Shown: one piece after another, positions 49,828 through 59,692 of the stretch
Layout: each line of letters opens with the position of its first letter
Numbering within the stretch: the first letter of the stretch is position 1
NCBI GenBank assembly: GCA_965221695.1
Contig: OZ244905.1
Span: forward strand, 3,328,001-3,392,000
Reading direction: 5' to 3'
DNA length: 64,000 nucleotides
DNA from: Gammaproteobacteria bacterium
GTDB taxonomy: Bacteria; Pseudomonadota; Gammaproteobacteria; Eutrophobiales; Eutrophobiaceae
Made by a program: the position numbers and the translations under genes
The notes under the pieces: model-generated
The model's database searches: none
The model's input: the letters and a program-made list of their open reading frames with translations, nothing else
What the model was told of the DNA's origin: nothing

Positions 49828-52035
49828 ATGAAAAATTCTGAGAAAAACTCAAGTTGGGTGGGACTCACACTACTCGCCATGACATTTTTATTGCCGGACA
49901 AGGTATTCGCGGAGAATGTACTCGAAGAGATCACCGTTACTGCAAGGCGGCGCCAGGAGTCGTTACAGGAAGTACCGGTTTCCGTTTCTGCGTTCACCAA
50001 ATCTGCGTTGGAGGAGCGTTCCCTCACGGACCTCGGCGACATCGATCAGTTCATTCCGAACCTGGTCCACACTGAAGGACTCGCCGGTGGTAGCAGCGGG
50101 CAATATCGTATTCGCGGCGCCGGTCAGGACGACTTCGTTACCACCAATGAACCCTCGGTAGGTATCTACTTGGATGGCGTTTATATCGGCCGGGTTGCGG
50201 GCGCAGCCTTGGATTTGCTGGATATCGACCGTGTCGAGGTTATGCGCGGCCCCCAAGGTACCTTGTACGGTCGCAATACAATCGGTGGTGCGGTCAATGT
50301 CATCACCAAGGATCCTGACAATCAATTTGGTGGCTACGTGGAAGGTGTATATGGCTCTCGTGACCGCTTCGATTTCCTCGGCAGCGTGAATATACCAATA
50401 ATAGAGGATATGCTCGCCATCCGCGCTGCCTATGTCCATCATGAAGAAGACGGTTGGATCGATAGCCTGGACAACGGACGCACCTTTGGCGATGAAAACA
50501 GGGACGGCGTACGCATCTCCGGTCTTTTTACGCCCAACCAACAGTTCAGACTCCGGTTCAGCGCTGACTACACAAAGGATGACGGCGAAGCGGACCCCAG
50601 TTCGGCAACGCGTATAGAACCGACTTCCTTTATCCCACCCAATTTCGCTGTTCCGGAAAATAATGAAAACACTTATTCGGGTTTTCGTCCGGGCAATAAC
50701 GCTGAAGTATGGGGGGTGGCTGCTGACTGGACATGGGACTTCGGTCCTGGCTCCTTGCGTTCCATTTCTTCTTATCGTGACCTTGAACATCTCTCCGGAA
50801 TCGATTTTGACGGCACACCGTTTAACTTTTTCGACCAGTTGAACACTGTGGTACAGGACCAGTTCAGCCAGGAATTACACCTTCTGGGCAATTTCATGGA
50901 AGGTCGTGTCGATTACCTTCTGGGCGGATTTTACTTCAGCGAGGATATCACCGGGACATTCCATTATCCTCTGGGACCGGTTATGCTTGAGGAGCAGAAT
51001 GTAATTGATAATAGCAGCGTTGCTGTGTTCTTTAATGTGGATTTTGCGCTAACAAACCGCTTCAATCTCGGTGGCGGCGTGCGATATACTGAAGAAGACA
51101 GGGATATATTCTATAACCACAATTTCCAGGCGCCTGGACCCAATGGTGTCGTAAATGGCTTCCTCACCCAGCCACTTACGGATATCGTAGCCGTCATGCC
51201 TGCCTATCCCCCCGGAACAGATCTGGACCGGAAGCTGAGTTTCAATGCAACCACATGGCGGGTGTCAGCAGATTTTGACCTGAATGACGATATAATGCTC
51301 TTTGCATCCATCTCAGAGGGATTCCGCTCCGGCGGCTTCAATGGCAGACCCTTCGGTAATCCACTGGCATTGACGACTTTTGGTCCCGAGACCCTGCGTT
51401 CCTATGAGCTTGGTTTCAAGTCAGACCTGGCAGGTGGCCGCCTGCGTTTGAATGGCGCCATCTTCTTCTCAGATTACACCGACATGCAGTTCTCGGCCAT
51501 CCTTGCAGGCAGCCCAAGCGTCGTGACCGACAATGCCGGTGAGGCGGAGATACTCGGTGTGGAGTTCGAAGGCCACGCCAACCTCACAGATGCCTTTCTC
51601 CTGGATTTCAGTATTGGCTACATGGATGCTGAGTTTACCCAGCTTGAGCCGGGTGTGGTTGCCAACGGCATCGACCTGAATGATCCTATTGGTCTGACAC
51701 CCGAATGGTCATATAACATCGGTGGGCGCTACGAACATAGCGTGGGAGATTTTGGGACCCTGACGGCAAGGATTGACTACTCCTATACTTCAAAATACCC
51801 CTTTTTGCCGCAAGCCAACGAATTCGACTTTCAAGAGGGTTTCGGGCTCGCCAACCTGAATATTTCATTCGAACCAACAAACGAGAACTGGCAACTGAGC
51901 ATTTATGGTACTAACATCTTTAACGAGGAGTACAGCTACTTCAAGGAAGATCTGCGTCTAACCTTTCTCGGACATGTGTTGGACTTTCCGGCGCCCGGTG
52001 ATGAGTGGGGGATCAGGATGGCATACCGTTTCTAG
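49828..52035 (+). CDS. TonB-dependent receptor
   Basis: LEEITVTARRR, RGPQGTLYGRN, GFRSGGFN, C-terminal YRF. Confidence 0.93.
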   Translation: MKNSEKNSSWVGLTLLAMTFLLPDKVFAENVLEEITVTARRRQESLQEVPVSVSAFTKSALEERSLTDLGDIDQFIPNLVHTEGLAGGSSGQYRIRGAGQDDFVTTNEPSVGIYLDGVYIGRVAGAALDLLDIDRVEVMRGPQGTLYGRNTIGGAVNVITKDPDNQFGGYVEGVYGSRDRFDFLGSVNIPIIEDMLAIRAAYVHHEEDGWIDSLDNGRTFGDENRDGVRISGLFTPNQQFRLRFSADYTKDDGEADPSSATRIEPTSFIPPNFAVPENNENTYSGFRPGNNAEVWGVAADWTWDFGPGSLRSISSYRDLEHLSGIDFDGTPFNFFDQLNTVVQDQFSQELHLLGNFMEGRVDYLLGGFYFSEDITGTFHYPLGPVMLEEQNVIDNSSVAVFFNVDFALTNRFNLGGGVRYTEEDRDIFYNHNFQAPGPNGVVNGFLTQPLTDIVAVMPAYPPGTDLDRKLSFNATTWRVSADFDLNDDIMLFASISEGFRSGGFNGRPFGNPLALTTFGPETLRSYELGFKSDLAGGRLRLNGAIFFSDYTDMQFSAILAGSPSVVTDNAGEAEILGVEFEGHANLTDAFLLDFSIGYMDAEFTQLEPGVVANGIDLNDPIGLTPEWSYNIGGRYEHSVGDFGTLTARIDYSYTSKYPFLPQANEFDFQEGFGLANLNISFEPTNENWQLSIYGTNIFNEEYSYFKEDLRLTFLGHVLDFPAPGDEWGIRMAYRF

Positions 52036-52055
52036 TACTAGTATGGGTATCTCCA

Positions 52056-53039
52056 ATGGATAAAGGCATTGGCGTGCTGATTCCTGATACGACACCGCCA
52101 GCAAATATCGGGGATCTCTGCAGGCAGGTGGAGGCATGGGATTATGACGAAATCTGGGTCAGTGAAGATTATTTCTTCAATGCAGGTATTTCCAGCGCAG
52201 CGCTGGCCCTCCAGGCAACGAATATTATACCTGTCGGTATTGGCATTTTATCCGCCGTAGTTCGGCATCCTGCCGTGACAGCCATGGAGCTTGCTACTTT
52301 GGCTGGCGCATTCCCGGGGCGTCTCAGAGCAGGGATCGGTCACGGCGTACCCGCTTGGACCAGTCAGATGGGCCTCACTCCGGAAAACCGCTTGGCTACC
52401 CTGCGGGAGGTAATCACGAGTATACGTCGCCTGTTGGCCGGTGAACTCCTGGACCAGACTGACGGACGCTTTCAGTTCAATGGCGTCAAACTCACCCAAC
52501 CGGTCGAGAATGTGTCTCTCTACGCAGGCGTCATCGGACCACAATCTCTTGCCTTGTCGGGGGAGATAGCCGATGGCACTGTATTATCCATAATGGCGGG
52601 GGCAAAGTATTTGGCTTATGCGCGGGACAATATCAATCGAGGGATGGAAAAAGCCGGACGTTCCGGAACACATCCTCTGCCAACCTACACCTTGTATTTG
52701 GTTGACAATGATCGTCAGCGCGCGCGCGGGGCTGGCCGGCAAGCGCTCTCAATGCTCATGAGCGCTTTTGGCTCCAGCCAGTTGACAGGTGTGTATGGCA
52801 TCAATGATCAACTGGAAGACATGATCACACGCGGTGGTCCCGAGGTGATTGCAAATGAGATGCCTGATGAGTGGTTGGATTGGTTCATGGTGGTTGGCGA
52901 ACCGGAGGAATGTGCCGACGGGATCAGTCGCCTGCACAGGGCAGGAGCGTCATCGGTAGTCCTTATGCCATTGGCGATAGAAGATATTATGGCGCAACTC
53001 AGGCTCACATCCGATAAAGTATTGCCATGTTTAAGTTGA
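52056..53039 (+). CDS. LLM-class flavin-dependent oxidoreductase
   Basis: IWVSEDY, RHPAVTAMELATL...PGRLRAGIGHG, SGEIADG. Confidence 0.9.
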   Translation: MDKGIGVLIPDTTPPANIGDLCRQVEAWDYDEIWVSEDYFFNAGISSAALALQATNIIPVGIGILSAVVRHPAVTAMELATLAGAFPGRLRAGIGHGVPAWTSQMGLTPENRLATLREVITSIRRLLAGELLDQTDGRFQFNGVKLTQPVENVSLYAGVIGPQSLALSGEIADGTVLSIMAGAKYLAYARDNINRGMEKAGRSGTHPLPTYTLYLVDNDRQRARGAGRQALSMLMSAFGSSQLTGVYGINDQLEDMITRGGPEVIANEMPDEWLDWFMVVGEPEECADGISRLHRAGASSVVLMPLAIEDIMAQLRLTSDKVLPCLS

Positions 53040-53060
53040 TACACTAGCTGCGAAACAGAA

Positions 53061-53942
53061 TTGAGGCCCGGTTTGCGATTTATCAGCGTACAGACCATTT
53101 CTGATGCCCTGTCAGCGCTCGCCCGCCATGGTGATGGCGCTACGGTCCTGGCCGGGGGTACTGATGTGATGATCCAATTAGGCCGCAAAGAACTCGAAAC
53201 AGAAGCTCTGATACATATCGAGGCTCTGAATGAGTTGAAGACGATTCAGTCTTTAAATGACCGGGTGGAGATTGGCGCATTGACCACTCATCGATCCATC
53301 GCGATGATGGCCTTCCCGCTCGCCCTATACAAATCGCTCCGCTCGGCTGCAGCCTCAGTGGGGAGTTGGCAGACTCAGTCAGTGGGAACTATCGGTGGTA
53401 ATATCTGTAATGCTTCACCGGCGGCAGATATGCTGCCGCCTCTACTTGTCCACGATGCTCAGTTGCGGTTGCGCAGCGAGGCGCGGGGTGAGCGCACAAT
53501 TTCTATCAATGATTTTTTGCTGGGACGCCGGCATACGGCACGGAAGTCAGATGAGCTTCTAACCCATATCACCATTGATGCCGTTCCGGAGAGAAGCGCG
53601 GATGTGTACTTGAAAGTGGGACGGCGAGGCGCAATGGAAGTCGCTATTGTCGGGCTGGCCCTGCGGCTGACAATGGATGAGGAACCTGAACTGATTAGTG
53701 ATCTACGCATTGCTACTTGCGCAACAGGTCCGATTTCTTGCCGGGCGACGGAGGCAGAGGCTGTCCTCAGGGGACAACGCTGGTCCCAAGAGCGTATTTC
53801 CGAAGCAGGTGAAGTCCTTTGTAGAGAGATCAGCCCTATCGATGATGTACGCGGAAGCGCCGCTTACCGTTTGATGGTATTGCCGCGACTGCTGCAACAT
53901 GCGATGAGCCAGTGTTTGGAGAAAATCCAGTCTCCACCATAA
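53061..53942 (+). CDS. Mo-hydroxylase FAD subunit (CoxM/XdhB-like)
   Basis: LAGGTD, GTIGGNICNASPAAD, PIDDVRGSAAYR. Confidence 0.92.
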   Translation: MRPGLRFISVQTISDALSALARHGDGATVLAGGTDVMIQLGRKELETEALIHIEALNELKTIQSLNDRVEIGALTTHRSIAMMAFPLALYKSLRSAAASVGSWQTQSVGTIGGNICNASPAADMLPPLLVHDAQLRLRSEARGERTISINDFLLGRRHTARKSDELLTHITIDAVPERSADVYLKVGRRGAMEVAIVGLALRLTMDEEPELISDLRIATCATGPISCRATEAEAVLRGQRWSQERISEAGEVLCREISPIDDVRGSAAYRLMVLPRLLQHAMSQCLEKIQSPP

Positions 53943-53963
53943 GAAGAAGCAGGTTAGCAAACT

Positions 53964-54440
53964 ATGCAACGCATAAAACTCAAGGTAAACGGTAGACAGG
54001 AGGAAGTCTCGGTAAACGATACTGAAACGCTGCTGGACATGCTGCGAGGACAACTCCACTTAACCGGCACAAAGGATGGTTGTCGCGAAGGCGAATGTGG
54101 CGCCTGCACTGTCCTCATAGATAACTTGCCCGTCGATGCCTGTATCTATCCTGCTATGGCAGCGGCTGGCCGGGATGTGGAGACTATTGAAGGCATTGGT
54201 AACAGCGCTCATCCTACACTATTGCAGCAGGCGTTGGTGGAGTGCGGTGGACTGCAATGTGGTTTCTGTACGCCGGGGATTATCATGATCCTGACCGCGT
54301 TATTAAGGGAAAACCCGACACCTTCTCCCGAACAAGTGAAGGAGTCTCTGTCAGGCAATCTGTGCCGTTGCACTGGTTATATCCAGGTTGAAGAAGCCTT
54401 GGTCAAGACCGTTGGGCGACAGAAGGAGGTAATAGCATAA
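53964..54440 (+). CDS. Mo-hydroxylase 2x[2Fe-2S] subunit (CoxS-like)
   Basis: GCREGECGACT, QCGFCTPG, NLCRCTGY. Confidence 0.95.
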   Translation: MQRIKLKVNGRQEEVSVNDTETLLDMLRGQLHLTGTKDGCREGECGACTVLIDNLPVDACIYPAMAAAGRDVETIEGIGNSAHPTLLQQALVECGGLQCGFCTPGIIMILTALLRENPTPSPEQVKESLSGNLCRCTGYIQVEEALVKTVGRQKEVIA

Positions 54441-56731
54441 TGTCTGTGATCGGTGAAGCGTTGCCGCGTACGGATGGACTTGCAAAGGTCACCGGCGAAG
54501 CGATCTATACGGTGGATTACTCTGAGACTGGCATGCTTCATGGTTGCCTGCTGCGTTCACCCATCGTTAGCGGCCGTATTAAGCATATAGATATATCGAA
54601 GGCCGCGGCGATGCCCGGTGTCCGAGCAGTGGTAACTGCCGAGGAGGCTCCCAAGGGATTGGCAGGTATGATTATTCTCGATCAACCCCTGTTCGCCTCC
54701 GATACGATTCGCTACGAAGGAGAACCTGTCGCCGCGGTGGCCGCCGACACATTGCACCAGGCCCAGGCAGCGGTAGCAATCATAGATATAGATTATGAAG
54801 AACTGCCCGGTGTGACAGATATGCAGGCGGCCTTGGCGGACGATGCCCCTCTGGTTCACCCCCGATGGGAATCCTATTGCCGCGCCCCTATGGCAGCGCA
54901 AGCTGATCTTCGTCGTGAGGGTAATATCGTTGGTGAACTCATCGCCAATCCGGAAGGCGTCGATGAGGCTTTTGAACGTGCTTATATCATCGTAGAAGAC
55001 GAATTCGAAGTCAGTCGTCAATACCAGGCCTATCTCGAACCCATGAGTGCAGTAGTCACTTACAGTGAGGGCCGTTACACAGTGCACACAGGCAGTCAGT
55101 TTTCTTTCAATATTCGCGATGAGTTATCCCAGTATTTGGGTGTGCGACCTTCAAATATACGGGTTATAGGCAAAACAGTTGGCGGTGGTTTTGGGGCCAA
55201 GTTGGGTTGCGGGACCGAACAGTACGCGGCCGTGTTGTCGAAGGCGGCGGGTGGCCGTCCGGTCAAAGTGATAAAGGATAGAAGCGAAGACATTATCACC
55301 GCGCCGTGCAGAGAAAATGTTTGCATGCGTATACGCTCTGCTATTGACAAGGATGGAAATATCACAGGTAGAGAGTTTAGCTGTGATTTTGACAGTGGCG
55401 CATATGCTATTGAGACTCCTTTTTTTCCCAGTATTGCCCTACACTTCGCCGCCGGGGTCTACCGCGTTGGGCCAACAAGGGTGACTGGCCGTGCCGTTTA
55501 TACCAACACCGCGCCAACTGGCGCCTTTCGGGGCGTATCCGGTCCTCATATCTATCTGGCAGTGGAAAGACACATGGATCACATTGCCAGCAAGTTGGGC
55601 ATTGACCGCCGGCAATTTCGTTTACGCCATTTATTTCAGGACGGAGATAGCCTGTTAAACGGTCAGGTTCTTGATGATGCGCACATACTGGAACAAGGAT
55701 TTTACGCTGTTGATAAAATAGCGCCTTGGGTCAACGTGAAGAAAAAGAAACAAAAATACCATGGCGTGGGTATTGCAGCAGCAATATGGTTAACCAATCC
55801 CTCACCGGGCAGCTTGACCCTAACCTTGGATGAGGACGAATCTGTACAGGTGGTTACGGCGGCTAATGACAATGGCTCCGGGGCGCTTACCATGGGTATC
55901 ACCCAGATTGTAGCCGAGGAGCTGGGTCTTCGGCCGGAAGATGTGAGGATCGCCTTCCCGGATACGGACACTTGTGGTTATGATGCTGGTTCACAGGGTA
56001 GTCGTACAACACATATCGTTGGTCGCGCTGCCATTGATGCCGCCGCTGAAGTTAAGGCAAAGATATTTGAAGTTGCTGCTGGTATGCTGGAGGCCAATAT
56101 CAATGATTTGGAGCTAGTGGAGGGAACAGTGGGTGTGGTGGGAGCGCCCGACTCCCGAATTTCCTTGGGACAAGTGGTCATGGCCGCCACCTATCAGGGT
56201 CGATCGGTGACCGGCGCTGGCGCCTATATGACACCGCCAGTGCCTTTCAATCCCAGTTGCGCAACTGGCTTGGTATTTCCGACTCTGCCCACTCCCACCT
56301 ACCACGTACATCAGGCGGAGGTAGAAGTGGACCCAATTACGGGAAATGTCCGCGTAGTACGCTATATTGTCGCCCAGGAAGTGGGCAAGGCCATCAATCC
56401 CGACGGTATCCGAGGTCAGGTCCAAGGCGGCGTGGTGCAGGGTCTTGGCCTGGCGCTTTACGAAAGCCTGCGACTGGAACGAGGGCGTTATAAGGAAAGA
56501 ACACTTGAGTCCTATCGCCTGCCGCTGGCCATTGATGTTCCTAATGTTGAAACTATTCTGCTGGAAAATGCTGACGAAGCAGGTCCTTTTGGCGCTAAGG
56601 GAGTGGCGGAACCTCCTATTGCTCTGGCGCCGGCAGTCATCGCCAATGCCGTCAGCGACGCCATAGGCAAACCCTTCAATAATATTCCCATCACACCGGA
56701 AGCAGTTCTCGCAGCGCTTGAAGACAAATAA
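54440..56731 (+). CDS. Xanthine-dehydrogenase-family molybdopterin subunit
   Basis: QAYLEP, VGGGFGAK, GAFRGVSGP, GAKGVAE catalytic Glu. Confidence 0.93.
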   Translation: MSVIGEALPRTDGLAKVTGEAIYTVDYSETGMLHGCLLRSPIVSGRIKHIDISKAAAMPGVRAVVTAEEAPKGLAGMIILDQPLFASDTIRYEGEPVAAVAADTLHQAQAAVAIIDIDYEELPGVTDMQAALADDAPLVHPRWESYCRAPMAAQADLRREGNIVGELIANPEGVDEAFERAYIIVEDEFEVSRQYQAYLEPMSAVVTYSEGRYTVHTGSQFSFNIRDELSQYLGVRPSNIRVIGKTVGGGFGAKLGCGTEQYAAVLSKAAGGRPVKVIKDRSEDIITAPCRENVCMRIRSAIDKDGNITGREFSCDFDSGAYAIETPFFPSIALHFAAGVYRVGPTRVTGRAVYTNTAPTGAFRGVSGPHIYLAVERHMDHIASKLGIDRRQFRLRHLFQDGDSLLNGQVLDDAHILEQGFYAVDKIAPWVNVKKKKQKYHGVGIAAAIWLTNPSPGSLTLTLDEDESVQVVTAANDNGSGALTMGITQIVAEELGLRPEDVRIAFPDTDTCGYDAGSQGSRTTHIVGRAAIDAAAEVKAKIFEVAAGMLEANINDLELVEGTVGVVGAPDSRISLGQVVMAATYQGRSVTGAGAYMTPPVPFNPSCATGLVFPTLPTPTYHVHQAEVEVDPITGNVRVVRYIVAQEVGKAINPDGIRGQVQGGVVQGLGLALYESLRLERGRYKERTLESYRLPLAIDVPNVETILLENADEAGPFGAKGVAEPPIALAPAVIANAVSDAIGKPFNNIPITPEAVLAALEDK

Positions 56732-56878
56732 ATAGCTTAACCGGGATAGAAGTTCATTACTGTCCCTTTGGCTCTCTATATTCAACTCCTTTCAGCGCTG
56801 TTTCGAAGATGTGCTAGTATCGTAAGATAAGAAGCAGGAGTAGTAATTTCCAGTTGACTGAAATGTGTGTATACCCTT

Positions 56879-59602
56879 ATGCAGCATTCAAACCTGCTAA
56901 CTGAATCGAAGCTCAGACCGCCACTGTTGAAGCAGCAGACTATCCGGCGTTCAGCGTTAATTGCACAGCTTGACCAGGTCATGACCAGGAAGCTTGGAAT
57001 TGTGCATGCGCCGGCTGGATACGGGAAGACTACCATCCTTGAACAGTTCTACAATTACAGGGCTGATTCGGGTGTTGCTGTATCATGGCTGACTTTGGAT
57101 GAGGAAGATCAGTCTCCCGGCCGGTTGCTAAAGCATATCATCAGCGCCCTGGAGCGTTCGGGCCTGCCCCCCATTGAACTTGGAAGATATCACGAGCGCC
57201 ATCTGACCCATGCGACTCGTAAATCCATTATTGAGGAACTGATGAATTCGTTGTCAAGGGTTACTGGCGACAGGATTCTGTTTCTCGACGATTATGAAAA
57301 GGCAGATTCATCGGGAACCGGGCAAATCGTTACCGATTTGCTCCTGATGTTACCTGTAAACCTGCATATTGTCATTGCTACGCGACAACAACCCAAGCTG
57401 CCTTTGGGGACATTAAAACTGGATGATGAGTTGGTCCTCGTCGATGTTGACCAGATGCGATTCAGCGAGTCGGAAATCGAATCCTTTCTTGGAGGCATGA
57501 AGGAGGTCGCACTGACTGCCGAAGATATCACCACCCTGACTACCAAGACAGAAGGTTGGCCTATTACTCTAAACCTGATTAAAGTGTGGCAACAGAAGGG
57601 TGGCATTAACGCCGACCGTGTCAGGCAACTGTCTGGGGAAACTATCGAAATCGCGGATTATCTTTTTGAACAGGTATTCGATAGGCTGAGCGATGCGGAA
57701 AAGGAATTTGCCCTGGCTACTTCGGTACTGGACAGGTTAAATGGGGATATCGCCAATGCCCTGTGCCAGCGCACTGACTGCTGGAAGATCATTGAACAAT
57801 TCGAGGTCAAGGGGCTGTTCATAGTGCCTCTGGATGACAGACGTTCCTGGTATCGTTATCATTCGCTGTTCCGCGAATTCCTTTCACAACGGCTTTCCTG
57901 GAATGATTCGGGTCGGGTGTCGAAGTACCATATTGCTGCGGGAAGGTGGCTTGCCCGCCATGACGCCGCCGCTGAGGCAATCAGGCATTTTCTTACTGCG
58001 AATGAACCGGAACTGGCCGCTGAAACAGCCGCAGAAAAGGGTGGCTGGCAACTGATATGGAGTGGTCAATCAGCGCTGCTTAGTAAAGTCTGTGAATCTG
58101 TCCCTGAGAAAATCATTCAACAGCATGTTCGCCTCCATCTGGGGCAGATATATATGACAGCGCGTACAGGTGATGCGCAAAAGGCGGTCACTGACATGGA
58201 GGAACTCAAACAGGAAAGAAAAAATGAACTATCGTCAAATGCTACGCTGGCGGCTGAAGTGCAGACTGTTGAGGTTGTGCTGGCAGGCTATGCTGATCGT
58301 TGTTTGACTCAGCAGGAAATAGATGATCTGGAACGCGCCGCCAACGATGGCGTTCTCCTGGATGTCGCCTTGCTTGCAATGATTCATAATTACCTGTTGT
58401 TATCCTATATGGACACATGCCGCTTCGACCGCGCTCGTATTGAAGCGGACAAGGCTATTGCTTATTACCGTGCCTCGAAACATGATTTTGCCGTCGATTT
58501 GGTCAGGGTCCATGTAGCCCAGTCCTTGGTAGCCGAGGGCAGGTTATCCGACGCCGCCGTCCTGTGTGATATGCAACTGGAAAACGACAGTCGCCTGTTT
58601 AACGAAACCCAGGCGGTATTTCGTGTAATTGCTGCAGAAATTGCCTGTGAACGCAATAATCTTGAAAGGGCATCTTCACTATTGGACGATGTCGTCTCTT
58701 TCCTTGAGGAATACGGAAGCTGGTTCAATATTTACGCCAGTATGTACAGGACCGCAACCACGCTTGCACGAATCAATGAGGGTACTACTGCTGCTCTACA
58801 GATGCTGGAAAGGGCCAGGGCCACCGCAGCCCAGCGGCGAATCCTGCGACTTGAACGCTTTGCCGAATTGATGAGTGTCAGGGAACTTGCCTTAGCGGGC
58901 AGGACAGATGAGGCTGGGGAAATCCTGGCTGGTTTGGATAAATCCCTGTTGCTAGAAGATGATACTGGAAAAACGGACCTATCCTGGCATATTTACGAAG
59001 CGCCTGCCGCTATACAGATACGAGTTTCTCCTGATGTCAAGGTTTGTGAAAATCACCTGAACGCTCTGGATGTCACCATCAATAAAGCACAACAACATGG
59101 GTGCGCACGCCAGCTTATCAGCGCCCTTAACCTGCGGGCCCTGATCGCGGCAAAATTGGAGCACGCGGAAGAAGCAGTACGGACACTGGAAAAGGCTCTC
59201 ACGTTGGCAACACAGGAAAGTTACCAGAGGGTATTTATCGATGAAGGGCGCCCTTTACAGGAATTATTAGAATCAACGTTAAAGAATAATGATCTGTTTC
59301 GGGAGCGGCATGAGCGATTCGCACGCACGATTCTGGCAGGTTTTAATCATCCCGCCGACTCGGGCAAACGTACTGGTACCGCAGCTCGCCTGACTGGTCG
59401 AGAGGTGGATGTGCTTGCTCTTATTGAATCCGGTTTATCCTCCAAGGAAATCGCTAATTCACTGGAACTTTCCGAGAACACGGTGAAGCACCACAGGAAG
59501 AATATCTATCGCAAACTGGGCGTCACCAGCCGTTCTCGTGCGATCGCTGAAGCTCGGCACCTGCAGCTTTTTTCAACTGAGGTCACTGGACATCCGGGAT
59601 AG
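56879..59602 (+). CDS. MalT-like large ATP-binding LuxR regulator
   Basis: SKLRPP, APAGYGKT, TEGWP, WYRYHSLF, C-terminal LuxR HTH; start 56867 or 56879. Confidence 0.93.
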   Translation: MQHSNLLTESKLRPPLLKQQTIRRSALIAQLDQVMTRKLGIVHAPAGYGKTTILEQFYNYRADSGVAVSWLTLDEEDQSPGRLLKHIISALERSGLPPIELGRYHERHLTHATRKSIIEELMNSLSRVTGDRILFLDDYEKADSSGTGQIVTDLLLMLPVNLHIVIATRQQPKLPLGTLKLDDELVLVDVDQMRFSESEIESFLGGMKEVALTAEDITTLTTKTEGWPITLNLIKVWQQKGGINADRVRQLSGETIEIADYLFEQVFDRLSDAEKEFALATSVLDRLNGDIANALCQRTDCWKIIEQFEVKGLFIVPLDDRRSWYRYHSLFREFLSQRLSWNDSGRVSKYHIAAGRWLARHDAAAEAIRHFLTANEPELAAETAAEKGGWQLIWSGQSALLSKVCESVPEKIIQQHVRLHLGQIYMTARTGDAQKAVTDMEELKQERKNELSSNATLAAEVQTVEVVLAGYADRCLTQQEIDDLERAANDGVLLDVALLAMIHNYLLLSYMDTCRFDRARIEADKAIAYYRASKHDFAVDLVRVHVAQSLVAEGRLSDAAVLCDMQLENDSRLFNETQAVFRVIAAEIACERNNLERASSLLDDVVSFLEEYGSWFNIYASMYRTATTLARINEGTTAALQMLERARATAAQRRILRLERFAELMSVRELALAGRTDEAGEILAGLDKSLLLEDDTGKTDLSWHIYEAPAAIQIRVSPDVKVCENHLNALDVTINKAQQHGCARQLISALNLRALIAAKLEHAEEAVRTLEKALTLATQESYQRVFIDEGRPLQELLESTLKNNDLFRERHERFARTILAGFNHPADSGKRTGTAARLTGREVDVLALIESGLSSKEIANSLELSENTVKHHRKNIYRKLGVTSRSRAIAEARHLQLFSTEVTGHPG

Positions 59603-59692
59603 AATACACCGATTCTGCAGATGGAATTCAAGGCCAGAAAAAACCGGAGAACCGGATTTATTCAGGTTGAATTGGCCTGACCCTCTCAGGGC

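Noticed and set aside
53061-56731. Aerobic CO dehydrogenase (coxMSL)
   Set aside because: The active-site loop is AFRGVSG, not AYXCSFR or AYRGAGR, and there are no cox accessory genes.
59592-59605. 14-bp match ATCCGGGATAGAAT to the reverse complement near 38899-38912
   Set aside because: Matches of this length are expected by chance in 64 kb, and there is no att-like context.
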